Origin: Octopus sinensis
Taxonomy: Eukaryota
Assembly: GCF_006345805.1 (NCBI RefSeq)
Contig: NC_042998.1
Location: forward strand, 122,946,001-123,010,000
Length of the DNA stretch: 64,000 nt
Direction: 5' to 3'
Shown here: positions 26,541 to 39,895 of the stretch, piece after piece
Layout of the letters: each line of letters opens with the position of its first letter
How positions within the stretch are numbered: position 1 is the stretch's first letter
Notes under the pieces: model-generated
Told to the model about the DNA's origin: nothing
Database searches by the model: none
The model's input: only the letters and a program-made list of their open reading frames with translations
Program-made: the position numbers and the translations under genes

Positions 26541-26870
26541 TATAAGGTGTATGACCACTAAGTGGACATCCATTATGCTACATGTAGATCTCATATGGTC
26601 TGACCACTAAGAAAAGATTGTTCGCAAGAAAATTCAGCAAACGTAAGAACGTAAGCGAGCAAGACAAATGAAAAGATACAACATATAAAGATTAGACACA
26701 TACCCGGTTTCATCGTTACCACTTATGTAATACTTACGTATATTGTGTATCTTTTCATTTCTATTGCTCTCTTACGTTCGGGCGTTTGCTGAATTTTCGT
26801 GAGAACAATCTTTTCTTAGTGGTCTACATCTAGCATAATGGATGTCCACTTAGTGGTCATCCTACTTATA
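26541..26870. mobile_element. Fold-back MITE with ~150-bp imperfect inverted arms
   Basis: ATGACCACTAAGTGGACATCCATTATGCTA at 26551 is mirrored at 26831-26860. The inner arm GACCACTAAGAAAAGATTGTTC...AAAAGATAC is mirrored as well. The ends are flanked by TATA. Confidence 0.85.
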
Positions 26871-26989
26871 TGTATGTAATATAATTTTTCTGAATCTTCA
26901 GATTTTGTCAATATGCTAGGCCACTGATTTTAAATTGATATTATTCAAATTAATATTCAATTTTTCACACTTATTATTTAAATATATAT

Positions 26990-27301
26990 ACACTGCTGGG
27001 ACAGTGCCTTCACGAATTTTAGTCGAATCGATCCCAGTACATTTTCTTTCTTTAAAGCCTAGTACTTATTCTATTTGTCTAAGTTACGGTTGTGAAGCTG
27101 GTGACAGGGGAAAAACACACACATAATGGTTATGGTTTCTTTCAGTTTCCATCAATCAAATCCACTCAGAAGGTTTTGGTTGGCCCGAAGCTATAGTAGA
27201 AGACACTTGCCCAAGATGCCATACAGTGGGACTGAACCCGAAACCATGTGGTTGGGAACCAAAGTTCTTACCACACGGCCACAAAAAAATATGCTTGCGC
27301 C
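26990..27301 (-). mobile_element. tRNA-type SINE, family 1, internally deleted
   Basis: Head GGCGCAAGC..GGCCGTGTGGTAAG and B-box GGTTCAGTCCC. The tail is shared with 43103-43290. Confidence 0.85.
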
Positions 27302-27387
27302 AATATATATATATATATATACGTTTATATATTTGTTGTGCAAGATTTTTTATTGGCTAAACTGGCAAAATGACCATTCCGAAATAT

Positions 27388-27480
<93 letters not shown>

Positions 27481-27567
27481 CTATATATATAAATATATAT
27501 ATATATACATATTTGTGTGTGTGTATATATATATATGTTATATATATATATATCTTTATATGTATAT

Positions 27568-27613
<46 letters not shown>

Positions 27614-28816
27614 CATATATATATACACACGTTGTTACTTTACTCGGAAGTACAACTGCTGCTGCTTACGGGGTTAGAGAGAGAGAGAGAGAGAGGCGAG
27701 GCAGAGAGAGGTGAGGGAGAGTGTGAGAGAGAGGTTACTATGACATGGCAGAGAGAGTGAATATATTCTCCTTGGGTGGGGGAACCGCTTCTAGGTTTTT
27801 GTTTTCTCTTATCTTGATATGTCTTTTTTCTATGAGTGAAAAGCATATAATGTTTCCATATTTCCATAAAATCCATTTATTAGATATTCCTGTAGTTTTA
27901 GTAGTTGTAGATAGAAACATTTCGCCCGAATATATGTCTTTATTAACATAAGCATATACGTATATGAACAAACATTCGCACATACACTGACACGCGCGCA
28001 CACACACACACACACTAACTCACACACACACAAATACACTCACTCATACACACACACTTGTGCGCGCGTATATGATAGCATCATAGCAGTCATTACAATC
28101 ATAAAGTCACAGATGCAGGTATATTCACGCTTAGTTTAAAACTTTTATATTACGTTATTTGTTATAGGATAGGTATTAAAATGTTTCGCTGTATACCTAC
28201 ATACTCATGCTCTAAGTAACTGTATCAGACAGAAGCATGTTGCTGGACAATTCCTATAAACTGTGATGTTCATGTGAATATCAATCTTCCCATCGCTGCA
28301 GCGGACGGTTGCGGCTCACTGCAATCTCAGTAGTCTAGATGAAGAAGATCGATATCTAGTTTTATATGTAAAAAAGATTCTGTATAGCATAGTAGGATAA
28401 TTTCATTTACTCTTATACAGTCTTTTACTGGTTTCAAACATTGACTGCGGCCTTACTGTAGCACAACCTTCAAAGGTATAAACCACAGTATCAACCCTAA
28501 TATTCATTTCTATGTAGCACTTATTTTATCGATCTCCATCTTCGAAACACTGCATTACAGAACATAAATGCTGACAACATAAACAACAACTTTCTACGCT
28601 TCATTGATTAATCTTTTCGATATCTACTTTATGTATGTTCGCGTACTAACTATCTTTGATGTTTTTTTTCATAATGCAACAGTTTCAAGTGATTAGGAAA
28701 CCAGCAATACTGCAAGTGCAATTAAATGCATTTGATCCCTTCTCCTATTTCTCGAACACAATGCGTGTGTGAGGGTTTTTCCCAGCTCAAGTTGTTGCTA
28801 TTACGGAATATTCTTT

Positions 28817-28819
<3 letters not shown>

Positions 28820-28848
<29 letters not shown>

Positions 28849-28995
28849 TGTATGTATGTATGTATGTATGTATGTATTATGTATGTATGTATGTATGGAT
28901 GGATGGATGGATGGATGGATGGATGGATGGATGGATGGATGGATGGATGGATGGATGGATCGATGGATGGATGGATGGATAGATGGATGGATGTA
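28820..28995 (+). repeat. Compound (TATG)n-(GATG)n microsatellite
   Basis: Direct reading. Confidence 0.97.
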
Positions 28996-29204
28996 TATAT
29001 TTATGTCATTATTCAGTTTATTTCTATATTTCTTGCCAATAGAGAAAGAACGGGTTTCTAACCGAGATCCAAGGGTCCTTCATTGGCATTTCATCATCAT
29101 CAACAGGGTATGTATGTATGTATGTATGTATGTATGTATGTATGTATGTATGTATGTATGTATGTATGTATGTATGTATGTATGTATGTATGTGTGTATG
29201 TATG

Positions 29205-30940
29205 CATCTATGTGGAGATTTGTATCTTTTATGTTTGAATTCTCATGCATATAGTTGTATATCTAAGCATGTACATAAATGTTTAAATGATAAACTTCTG
29301 GAAAGTTTTACACATTTTCACAGTTCCAGTGATGGATTGGATCTGTAGTTTTCGAATTAGCTTTCTCCTTTCTGGTTTTGAGAAGCCTAATTTCTCAAGA
29401 ATGGTATTCAGGCAGTGTGTTACATATCTCAGGGCCCCAATAATTACAGGTATAAACTTGAACTTGTATTCTGGATAGAGTAACTGTAGATTTCTCAGTA
29501 GTTCAGCATAAGTGTTCCCTTTTTCACTGATCTTCAGCTTTATGTTAACATCTGCTAGCAACTGTACACAGTTTCACAACTCTGCACAGTTTCTCTTCTA
29601 GATCTCAAATCATTATATCAGTTCTGTTGTGCTTACATTTTATTGAGGTCTTCACTAGTACATTCCACCAGTATTCCTTTTTATATGAGTGGCTATGGCT
29701 TCTGCCATATTGTGGGTTTTTATTTCTTTGTCGTCGGGTTTATCCTTCCGACAGATTTCATTATAGTGTGTCCTAGATACAATGTCATGTCTCATCGGTA
29801 GATAATATCGTGATGACATTTTCGGACAACTGCTTATGATATGGGTAATATCTTCAGTGTGAACTCCACAAAGTCTTCATCGGTTGTGACATTTTACGGC
29901 TTTTCCTGCATCAGGTACTTGGTTGATATTTCCTGTTCCTGGATTGCAAACACATGCACTTCCATAGGGGAGGTAGTAATTCGGCTAATGGTCCATGATA
30001 AACTGTTTTCATGAGGGATATTACTATCATCCCGGTGATTTCTACTAAGATATCCATGTATAGACTTCTATTCATTTTGGTTCATCCTTTCATCTGATGA
30101 TATGTTGCAGTAGAGTCGTGCGACTTCTTTGCGCACGTATTCTCGCTTATAAGACAAAGACTGTTGCTCAAGGAGCTGCCTTCCAAGTCTTATGAGGTTA
30201 TTAGCCTCATGTATGCGAACTTGGTCAAGGGATGCACTTCGACACTTGGGGGTTAAAAGATGTTGCTAAAGTGATATGATACGACATTCAAAGGCATTTT
30301 GGATCGATGTTAAACCTCTGCATCGTTGTTTTCGTTTGAAGTCTACATCACTGTTTATGTGGAAATTATGCGTGCTTCTTAGTATTTTGCGGGCTTTCAC
30401 ATCAATGACTCGGATCTCATCAAGTGTCCAATCAAGCAGCCCAAGTATTGGTGTGAGTACTGGCACTGAAAATCCATTGTGAGCCACTGTTTTATTGAAT
30501 GTAGAGAGTTCTTAGGTACAAACTTTCTTTATTCGGCTGTAATATTCTTTAGTGACACGTGTTTTGTTACACGTGCATTGTAAGATAAATTTTCATCCAC
30601 TGCTAGATACCTGTATCATGCCTCGTCAGATATAGGGGAAGCAGTGAAATCATTGATGGAGATGTTTCTAGTCTTGTTTATAGTTTTCCCCCTTTTCACA
30701 ACCATACAAAATTTGTTATCTTGACCAAACTCCAGCCTGGCATCTTTTGAGAATGTTGTAACTAGATCGAGGCTCCTTTTCATCTCATGCATACTCTTTG
30801 CATAAAGTTTTAAGTCATCCACAAAGAAACAGTGTGTAATTTTGGTATTTCTATTTCCTTGTGAACCAGTGAGATATCCTTCAGCCTTGACATGACTGAC
30901 AAGGGGTTTACGGAAAGTAGAAACGACATCATAGAGAGTC
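29205..30940 (-). mobile_element. R4-type non-LTR retrotransposon, family E, 5'-truncated, embedded in (CATA)n
   Basis: Motifs THCFFVDDLKLYAK (RT), DWTLDEIRVIDVKARK, RLCGVHTEDITHIISSC (CCHC), RHD and FIPVIIGAL (RLE; ORF 29283-29561). (TATG)n lies at 29108-29204 and (TCTG)/(TATG)n at 30939-31035. Confidence 0.85.
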
Positions 30941-30983
30941 TGTCTGTCTGTGTGTCTGTCTGTATGTATGTATGCATGGATGC

Positions 30984-31016
<33 letters not shown>

Positions 31017-31085
31017 TGTATGTATGTATGTATGTTTGTTTGTGTGTGTGTGTATAAATATATATATATATAGACAGAGAGAGAA

Positions 31086-31115
<30 letters not shown>

Positions 31116-31116
<1 letters not shown>

Positions 31117-31265
31117 GCGCAGGCATGTCCTGCGTGGTAAGAAGTTTGCTTCCCAGCCACATAGTTCCGAGATCAGCTCCACTGTGTGGAACTTTGGGCA
31201 TGTTTGTTCTACTATAGCCACGAGTGGATTTTGTACACCAAAACTGAAAGAAAAAGAAGCCCTTC
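31116..31265 (+). mobile_element. tRNA-type SINE family 1, head
   Basis: GGCGCAGGCATG..GTGGTAAGAAGTTTGCTTCCCAGCCACAT..CTTTGGGCATGT. Confidence 0.8.
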
Positions 31266-31679
31266 AAATATATATAAATATATGATTTCAATACGGAGCA
31301 AATAATTCACGAGGAAAATAATTTGCGATGGTATCATTGACTCTATTATTATCTAGTGTAACAATTTAAAACTTCTGCGTGACATGTTGGTGCTCTCTAT
31401 TATGGTAACGAGTGCTGAGGAAGGTGAGGCTATTATGCCAGTCCAGAAACCGGTCCACATGAGTCCAAATACTTGAATGTATGCTAATAGATTGTCTTAG
31501 CCCGATTACCTTCGGACGGTTGATTTCTATAGTTATTATCAGTATATTTTGGCGATTTAAGTAAAAGTCTTGACAGTTATTTCCAGCAGGTAAACATACT
31601 TGGTATGTCCTTTGATTAATTTTATGTGTGTGTGTGTACGTGCGTGCGTAGGTGAGAGTATGCATGTGGTTGCGTGTGC

Positions 31680-31885
31680 TTCTGTCTGCTTTTGTCTACC
31701 GTCACTGATTGACAACCGGTGCTGGTGTGTTTATGACCCCATAATTTAGTGGTCCAGCATATGTAACCGATAGAATAAGTACCAAGCTTTTAAAAATAAG
31801 AACTGGGGTAGATTCATTTGATTAAAATGTTCTTCATGGCGGTCCTCCAGTATGGCCGGAGTCTAATGTCTGAAACAAATAAAAG
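31680..31885 (+). mobile_element. tRNA-type SINE family 1, tail
   Basis: TTGACAACCGGTGCTGGTGTGTTTA...GATAGAATAAGTAC...GAAACAAATAAAAG is the reverse complement of 43103-43290. Confidence 0.75.
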
Positions 31886-31949
31886 CCGAAATATACATTG
31901 TTGTACATGTGCGTGTGTATGTGTGCATGTATGTATGTATCAATAAGTA

Positions 31950-32275
31950 TGAAGGCGATTGACTCAGTAGTTAGGGTATTCGGCTCACTATCGCAAGGTC
32001 GTGATATCGATACCCGGCGGCTCGTTGTCCCTTCGAGCAAGACACTTTATTTAACGTTGCTCTAGTCCACTCTGCTACTAAGTATGAGTAGTAGCTGTGT
32101 TTCAAAGGATCAATATAGTTACATTCTGTGTTACGCTGGATCTCCCTGAGAATTACATTAAAGCTAGGCGCATCTCTGGAGTGGTCAGCCAATTGCACGT
32201 TAATATCACAAGTAGCCGTTCCTGTTGATCGGATCAACTGGAACACTCGTCGTCGCAACTAACGAACTACCAGTT
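31950..32275 (+). mobile_element. tRNA-type SINE, family 4
   Basis: tRNA-like head GGCGATTGACTCAGTAGTTAGGGTATTCGGCTCAC...ATCGATACCCGGC followed by a non-tRNA body. Confidence 0.6.
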
Positions 32276-33274
32276 TGTGTATATGTATATATATGTAGAG
32301 CTATCCCTTTAAGTATGTATTGAAATCACTATAGTTAAACTTTCATCTTTTTTATATTTTCATATAAATATTGCAGCGGTAACGCCTACATTAATCACAT
32401 AAGCCTTGTTTACTATAAAGAAGTAACTTCAAATTCAAATTTCCCTCCTTAAGTTGTTATACTAAGTTTGTCGATAACGTGTTCAAAAACTTTACTGTTC
32501 CAGATAAAATGGAAGTATATGAGAAAGAACTATAAGAAGAAAGATGAGATTATAACACAGTCGGTTTTTCAACATAGCGCACATATGCACTTACTCACAC
32601 GCAAACATAAGCAGATATATATAGAATTTATGTTGGCTGACACACATCTACGTGTAGATATTTTTCCGAAGCAAAATACTATTGACAATTTAACATTTAA
32701 TTCAGATATTGTTTATCGATTCTGCCTCCCATCTCATGCAATTCAAGATTTTTTTTTCTTTTTTATTGAAGGTATTACTGTATTGCAACCAATATTCATT
32801 GATAGCTTCATAGTCTGTGAAATACTCTTTCAAACTGCTGCGAATATCTTTTATATTATTGTACAATAGCATGGGCTGATATGACAGAAGATGCGTTGTA
32901 AATATTTCTACCTTGCTATCGCTTAAAGAAGTGTATTTTCACAAACAGCGATCATATCGTAAGAAATTCTAAGGTATTCCTTCTGCAAGACAAGTAAATT
33001 AGAAGAAAGGAGGTATAGTCTATAGAATACATGATGATGTATATATTTTATCAACCTCTACCAGGGTTTTTCTACAAAGGTTAACGAGGAAGATTTGACA
33101 AAATATTTGTTTCTTTTATACACTAATATATTGAATATATTGTAGAGCATAAAGTTCTTTTCGTATTTAGACCGACAACTGAAATTAAATTGAGAATTAA
33201 CTTAGTTTAAATGGAGCCATTCAAACGCATACATACACACGTACACACACACAGACACACACACTTATACATAT

Positions 33275-33985
33275 GCTGATCGTTCCTTCAAATCAGAACT
33301 GTGCAATCACTTCACTGAACCTTGCATGGCCATGTGCATGCCGTTCGCTCTTAAGACTAGCTTCCACACTGCGAGCACACTCAAAGATGTAATGTTAGAA
33401 CAGTGAGTCCTCTGGCATCACCGGCAGAGTTGTGACCTCATGTATTTTACGATGCCCGGCCAGGTCACCAACTTACCAATTTAGCCACAAATGAATGACG
33501 AAGGACGAGGTTGTAGAACCAGCTCGAAATTTGCTTCATTCTCCCTGCTTCGTGTGATTTTATGTTCTTACCTAATCCAGATTTTGAGAGAAGAAATAAT
33601 CCACGCACACTGCAGTTCAGTTCTCATTGGATTTCTCTAGACACTGGACTCGAGTTTTGCATACTGAATGATCACTTGAAAACTGCATGCTCATAGACAT
33701 GTCTTCTTGACAGCATTTCTCCAATTTGCACGTGTTTTAGTCAAGTCTTCACTAGTCTCCACACATGCCTCCAGATTTTTGCGTCTGCCTTTTTTAACAT
33801 CTCGGAATCACTTTCTTGGGTTATGCTGTGGCCTTTTCCCTCTGGTCAGTTCCCTATAAAATAGTGCTTTAAAGGATCCCTCCGGCTTCCATTCAGGTAA
33901 CACGGCCAGTCAAACGCATCTGTTCAGAATTATCTTTTCTCAAATCTGATGCTGCTCTATTTCTGAAGTATAATGTATTTATGAG
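33275..33985 (-). mobile_element. RTE-type LINE 3' fragment
   Basis: KALFYRELTRGKRPQHNPRK.FRDV..NWRNAVK matches RTE C-termini. It is followed by two decayed C2H2-like segments (CSVRGLFLLSKSGLGKNIKSH; ASLKSERHAH). Confidence 0.7.
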
Positions 33986-34054
33986 GACGTACATGCATAC
34001 ATACATACATACATACATACATACATACATACATACATACATACATACATACAT

Positions 34055-34135
34055 ACGCGGGGTTGCTGAGAAGTCCCTGGCCTAGTGTAACAGAAAATAC
34101 AGGAGGGTCAGTTAATCATGATCTTACTCAACATG
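34055..34135 (+). mobile_element. Mariner-type left-end remnant
   Basis: TA-CGCGGGGTTGCTGAGAAGTCCCTGGC resembles the TACGAGGG-type mariner TIR seen at 12266. Confidence 0.45.
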
Positions 34136-34934
34136 TATATATGTATGTAAACATAAATACATACATATATATTTTAATATAATCGGGGTAATAAACTTCT
34201 AGTGCGGTTTGCAAAGCTTCTCTCTGGTTATCGGCTACCAACTGTTATAATAGGGGACTTCTGTTACTGGATATTCATGTGATTATCAGCAAACATTTGT
34301 AGATCATGAACGAATTTTAAAACTAGAAGATGGATTAAACATTTTATTATAAATCACTACAATTATTTCAACGCACCATTATCATCTGTTAAGTGTTGAA
34401 TGTGACATAATTCATATGTAATATTGCATTAATATGATTCAACAATACCTGTATACATACGCATCTATACAGCTATTGTTGAAGTATATTAATATGTACA
34501 AAACTGTATATAATTTATCTAACCTTTATCTGATAATGATGCGTTGAAACAACTGCAGTGATATGTAATGAAGCCTGTACATTTCATCTTCTTGTATTAG
34601 AATATACACACACACTGACTCACTCTCACACACGCACACATGCATGTGTATATATAAATGTATACATGTTTACACACAAACAAATGTATGTATGCATATA
34701 TACACGCACAGGTACTCACACATACACGCATGCGCGTACACATATACACATATGCATATGCACACACACTCACACACACACACAAATGTATATATATAAA
34801 GATTGTTAGAAGTCGTGTACAGATTTTATATAGATTAAGAAACAGGAGGTATTCAGAATTTTGGCTAATTATTTATTTAACGCTTTCGTTTCGTTTCCGA
34901 GATTCATCAAGAATGATTTTTACAGAAAATTTGA

Positions 34935-35018
<84 letters not shown>

Positions 35019-35079
35019 TATGTATGCATGTATATATATATATATGTGTGAGTGTGTGTGTGTGTGTGTGTTTGTATGT

Positions 35080-35123
<44 letters not shown>

Positions 35124-38100
35124 TATACATGTTTGTGTGTCTATGCATGTGTAGTGAATCTTTGGCGGCTTGGAGAAGAATGGAAAAAAAGAAACGAAAG
35201 AAAAACTGTTCTGAGATGGTTGAAATAGCATTGTTTTTTTTTTTGTTTTTAGTTTTGCTTAGTTGTCCTGTAACACAACTGTTGAAAGGAGTCTTCTGGT
35301 ATGGTTGAAGTTGTGATCTATTTTCTGTTGGTCATTATTATTCTTTTTCTATTTTGCTATTTTCTTCTCTTAATTCAATTCCAATTATTTTCAACTAGGG
35401 AATTTAAAGCTTCACATGCTGTTCGTTTCTCAGTTGAAGCCAACTATCAGAGTAACTTCAGAAAGAGATAGATAAATGTGTAGTCGTGATATGTATTTAG
35501 GCTTCCCTATATGACACTAGCAATATAATTCAAAAGGATATAACATAAAAAACTGGAACCTAAACTTCAATAGCAGTGATCTATTATTGCAGGTATGTTA
35601 CTCAGGTTCAAAAGCAGTCTTCGTTGGAAATGTTTTATAATTTCAGAAAATATTATTATGTACGCTAAGCAAAGTGGGTTTCTGTTTTTCATATTTCATA
35701 CATCTATGAACGCACAAGAGAATGTATTGAAATACTTTAAAATAATATATAATAAATGAGATAATTGCAGCAATTTGAATATGTTCTCGTGATTGGTTCT
35801 TGATTATTAATTTTCTGTCATTACTAGTGCTGTAACGACGGAAACTTTTGAGAAACATGTAAATAAAAATACTGTAAGCATTAGTAAAGTATGAAAGACA
35901 ATTTAAATAAACTATTTACTATTCAGCATATTTGTCAGCATATTTGAAACCATTCACAATATCTTCTAATATCGAAATCATGTAAGTTACTCATATTTTC
36001 TTGTTTGACACAGCTATCTGGTCCCATATCTCCAATGTATTTCTGCTGTCTCTATTACATGTTATAATTAAATTTGTATCCCAACGATGTTATCTATACC
36101 TACAAAAGCAGCAAACGATAGCTGAAGTGTTTTTCATCATAAATCCACTTGATTATGATCGATTTGGTATTAAAGAAGACAGCAACACAGGTTCGTAAAA
36201 TTCGCTTCTCTGTAATAGCAAAACAAAAGAATCTTTCAAAAGCGGACATTTCTATGGCGTTCATAAAACTTTCTGCACTTCCATTCAGCGAAAATATTCT
36301 ATGCTTGCTTCATATCAAAATCATGACTTTGTGTTAAAGACATTCGCTTCAAAATCACGTTGTTTCGTTAGATTCATACTCCACGTCACCTCGAGAAAAC
36401 AACGTTTGCCGTAGACTCGAATCTAGACAAGCTTTAAATGTTATTGAGTTCCTTGCTAAACCCTATTAAAGAATCTACACCTATTCCTGACTAGTGCCTT
36501 TAGCAGAGTTCATTCTGTCACAACCATTCAGGGACGAGTTGACTGCTCTGACAATAACTTGACGTATTGCTGTATTACTTTCTCGCCTAACAACCTATGT
36601 GCCCTAGTTTTCTTCTCCTTTTCAACAATATGAGTCTCAAGAGTGCTCAAAAGGTTATAGATGTTATACTTACTCATGAAAAGAAACCTTTCTACAATAT
36701 ATTACACGCAATCTATTTCTTAAAATGAACAAAATGTACTTTTAGTTCATCGAGGAATAAGGCTCTAAATATTTCTAGCTTTACTAATCTGCTACATCAA
36801 GTATCCTCCTGTAATTAATTGGCCACATATGTCCCTGTTTTCAATCTACCTCAACAGTCTAATTTCTAAATGTCACTTACAAAAGATGCTATAACTATTT
36901 TACTGACGTATCTACTGCAAATTTCAAACTATTCCCAGTCTCAGTGATGAACAATTTTAACGAACAAATTGCTCGCCTACGCACGTTTCCAGTCACGCAA
37001 TATCATAACTAACACATTCTATTATATATTCATTGCAGTCTAAAGGCATACAATTAATCTGTAATTTATTTCCAGTACATTATGTTTCCAATAAAGCAAT
37101 TTAGTTTCAGTATTAATCTACCTTTAGACAGCATTGTGTTTAATTGAAAAGAAACATTAACTTTAGAATTGAAGTGTACTAAAGAGATCAAATATAATAT
37201 CATATCCTGAAGATAACGTACAAGATACAATTAAAGGAAACAATTACTAGTGTACCCAAAATGTTTAAACATGATCATCACCCGCAGATTTCGAAAGATC
37301 AACAACTAAAAACTTCATACATAAACTATTTCCTGAAATAGTTTAAAAATTATAAAACTAAAAGATTTATATGGGCGTTTGTCTAAAAGTGAACATGCTT
37401 TAGTTGAAGATCTAATAATATGCTTCTGTTTTACTGTCGGCACCCAAAATTGTAGTTCCGCTGTCATGAAATAGTTATTGAAGTTGAAAATCCGTTTACT
37501 TTCAAAAGAAAGCTAAACCAATTAAAATAAAAGAGCTATGCATACGTAGAGGTCAGGAAGTGCGACAGAAACCTGCTTGGCTGATAGAACTATTGGAACC
37601 TTTACACTAGAATAATATTGTTATTAGTTAACTGCGCTTTGTTAACTAATAACGCGAAACATTGCTCAGGCAATATTTCTATTAATAAACGATAATGTAC
37701 TCAAAATACTACAGATGTAATATGTTAAAACGGAATCATTATAGTCGAAACAATTTTATTGTATTATATTTTTTAGCACCTGTTGCTTGCGACAAGTAAC
37801 ACTGACTCTAAATAAAATAGAATAAAATAAAATAACCAAGATACCACACTCCGTCTCATCAAACTACCGACTCTTTCCTTTGGTTATTTGTTGCAGTAGA
37901 TCTCACTTAAGATCTCGTTAGGTAGATCGTCTGAATCAAGCAATTCCCCCACCCCACCACATAAGCTATTAGCGCAATCGTATAGCAGCTGTTATCATAT
38001 TTTCAAAGAATACGCTGGTCTTTGAAAATATGTTCTTTGAAAATATGATATCGTGTGTTGCAGCAGGACATCTTAATAGAAATTAAACTCAATTGTTGTC

Positions 38101-38439
38101 CCTGATTTACCGCTCTACCCGACTCAGCAAATCGGCCCCAAGAAGTATATGAAAATGCGTAGAAGCACGTACTCGTCAAAAATCAAATTCTAATCTTGCT
38201 GTTGTATGTGGTGCTTCATCGACCTACAGCTTCTTCATTTCTATATATTAACGCACGCAACTAAGCAATGCCAAGAGAATCTTCGTGCTTCTCAATGATG
38301 ACATGGTTATTTACTATTATCACAGGTAGCAGAAATATCACTATATCTTTTCTAATTCGTACTCCTAATTCCCTCACTAAATTCTTCTCTAATTTCCCAA
38401 ATTAGAGCGTCGCCGTCAACAGTCATGAAACTAACTCAC

Positions 38440-38774
38440 CAATCCCGTCACTTTAGCTACGTCAGAAATGAAGCGTTCAGCCTCGAGTATGAGGAAATTG
38501 ATTGTATGTTCTCTTTAGGTCGATAGTGGAGATCACAATCTGTGCACTATAAGGCCGACTGGTTGAAATTGTTGATACCTTGCACTATTCCTTCTCTAAC
38601 AAGTAATATCAAATTAATGCTACCCTAGTCTCGACGTAGACATTCTACACGAGTGTGGCATCGAAGCAGTACCATTCGCCATTCTTAAAGAGGCAGTAAC
38701 TTTAAGACATACTGCAAGAAATATCTATACTTCATATAGGCAAGATGACAAATGTTGCTTGTTTGGTATTGTTT
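38440..38774 (-). other. Putative non-coding (5' UTR) exon
   Basis: Acceptor TTTTGTGTTCTTTCAG ends at 38775, with a TTGAT branch-like site upstream. Donor G|GTGAGT starts at 38439. Only short uORF-like frames lie inside. Confidence 0.4.
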
Positions 38775-39032
38775 CTGAAAGAACACAAAACATCACATAT
38801 CAAACTAGCTCATTCTGATTATACTTGAAGACGTAATAATGCAGAAAATCTGATAAAAAATTTCAACTGTTGAAATGAAAATCTTTGTAACGTATATAAA
38901 TCTCTCTCTGTCTTAGACAATGAAAATACGGAAATACTACAGACATTTAGCATAGAGACGAAACATCAGATAACACATATTGATCGTGGCAGGATTTCAT
39001 CCTTACAATGATAATACTCTATTAGTACTCAC

Positions 39033-39508
39033 CGTTATAATAATAAATGACAATATCGTTGTGCAGAGATGATCTTAAAAACTAAGAAATTACATTGATT
39101 TATCCGCTGAACTAAAAATATTGCAATAAAAATGAGTCCGTCATCCCATTTGTAATTTTTACAACTATAAAGATTTCAATGTATTATTTGTATAGATAGA
39201 TAGAAAGACGTTCTAAAAAATATCAGTATAACTGTCTTTAATTACTATTACAGTATTTGTAGAATAATTTGTTTGCTTTAAAAACTGATTTAAGTTTTCC
39301 ATATTACGTATGATTCCTGTAGCTGCGTTTTCAACGAAATGAAAATTATGTTAGCTGTAAGAAAATGATAGCCATGTAAAGTGAGTGTAACAAAGAATGC
39401 ACGCAACGGATGAGAGAAAAATAATCAGATAAAAGGTATAGAAGCCACTACTGCAAGATGGTACGCAGCAGCAACAACAGTTGCGGCAGCAGCAGCAACA
39501 ACAGTTGC

Positions 39509-39543
<35 letters not shown>

Positions 39544-39566
39544 TCTTGTCTTGTTTACATTAAACT
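39033..39566 (-). promoter_or_regulatory. Putative first non-coding exon / core promoter
   Basis: Donor ACG|GTGAGT at 39032 and an Inr-like TCAGTT at 39568-39563. It includes a (CTG)n tract and lies in a TE-free island. Confidence 0.35.
39465..39542 (+). repeat. (CAG)n tract with duplicated CAACAACAGTTGCG unit
   Basis: Direct reading. Confidence 0.95.
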
Positions 39567-39734
39567 GACACAATTCATCGCATGAAGAAATGAAGTATAG
39601 AGACTACACGTTCTTGCTTTTCTTTAACGTTATGTCTTCAATTATTCAAATGGTAATTATACATTAAAGAATTTATAAAGCACACTGTTTTAAATTGTTG
39701 CTCAGCTCAATCTCTCTTTCTTGCTTTCTTTCCT

Positions 39735-39768
<34 letters not shown>

Positions 39769-39847
39769 TTTGTTTGTTTGTTTGTTGTTTGTTTGTTTGT
39801 TTGTTTGTTTGTTTGCTTGTTTCTTTCTTTCTTCCCTTCTTTCTTTC

Positions 39848-39895
<48 letters not shown>

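Noticed and set aside
34656-35308. 216-aa ORF
   Set aside because: It is mostly dinucleotide-repeat translation and has no domain.
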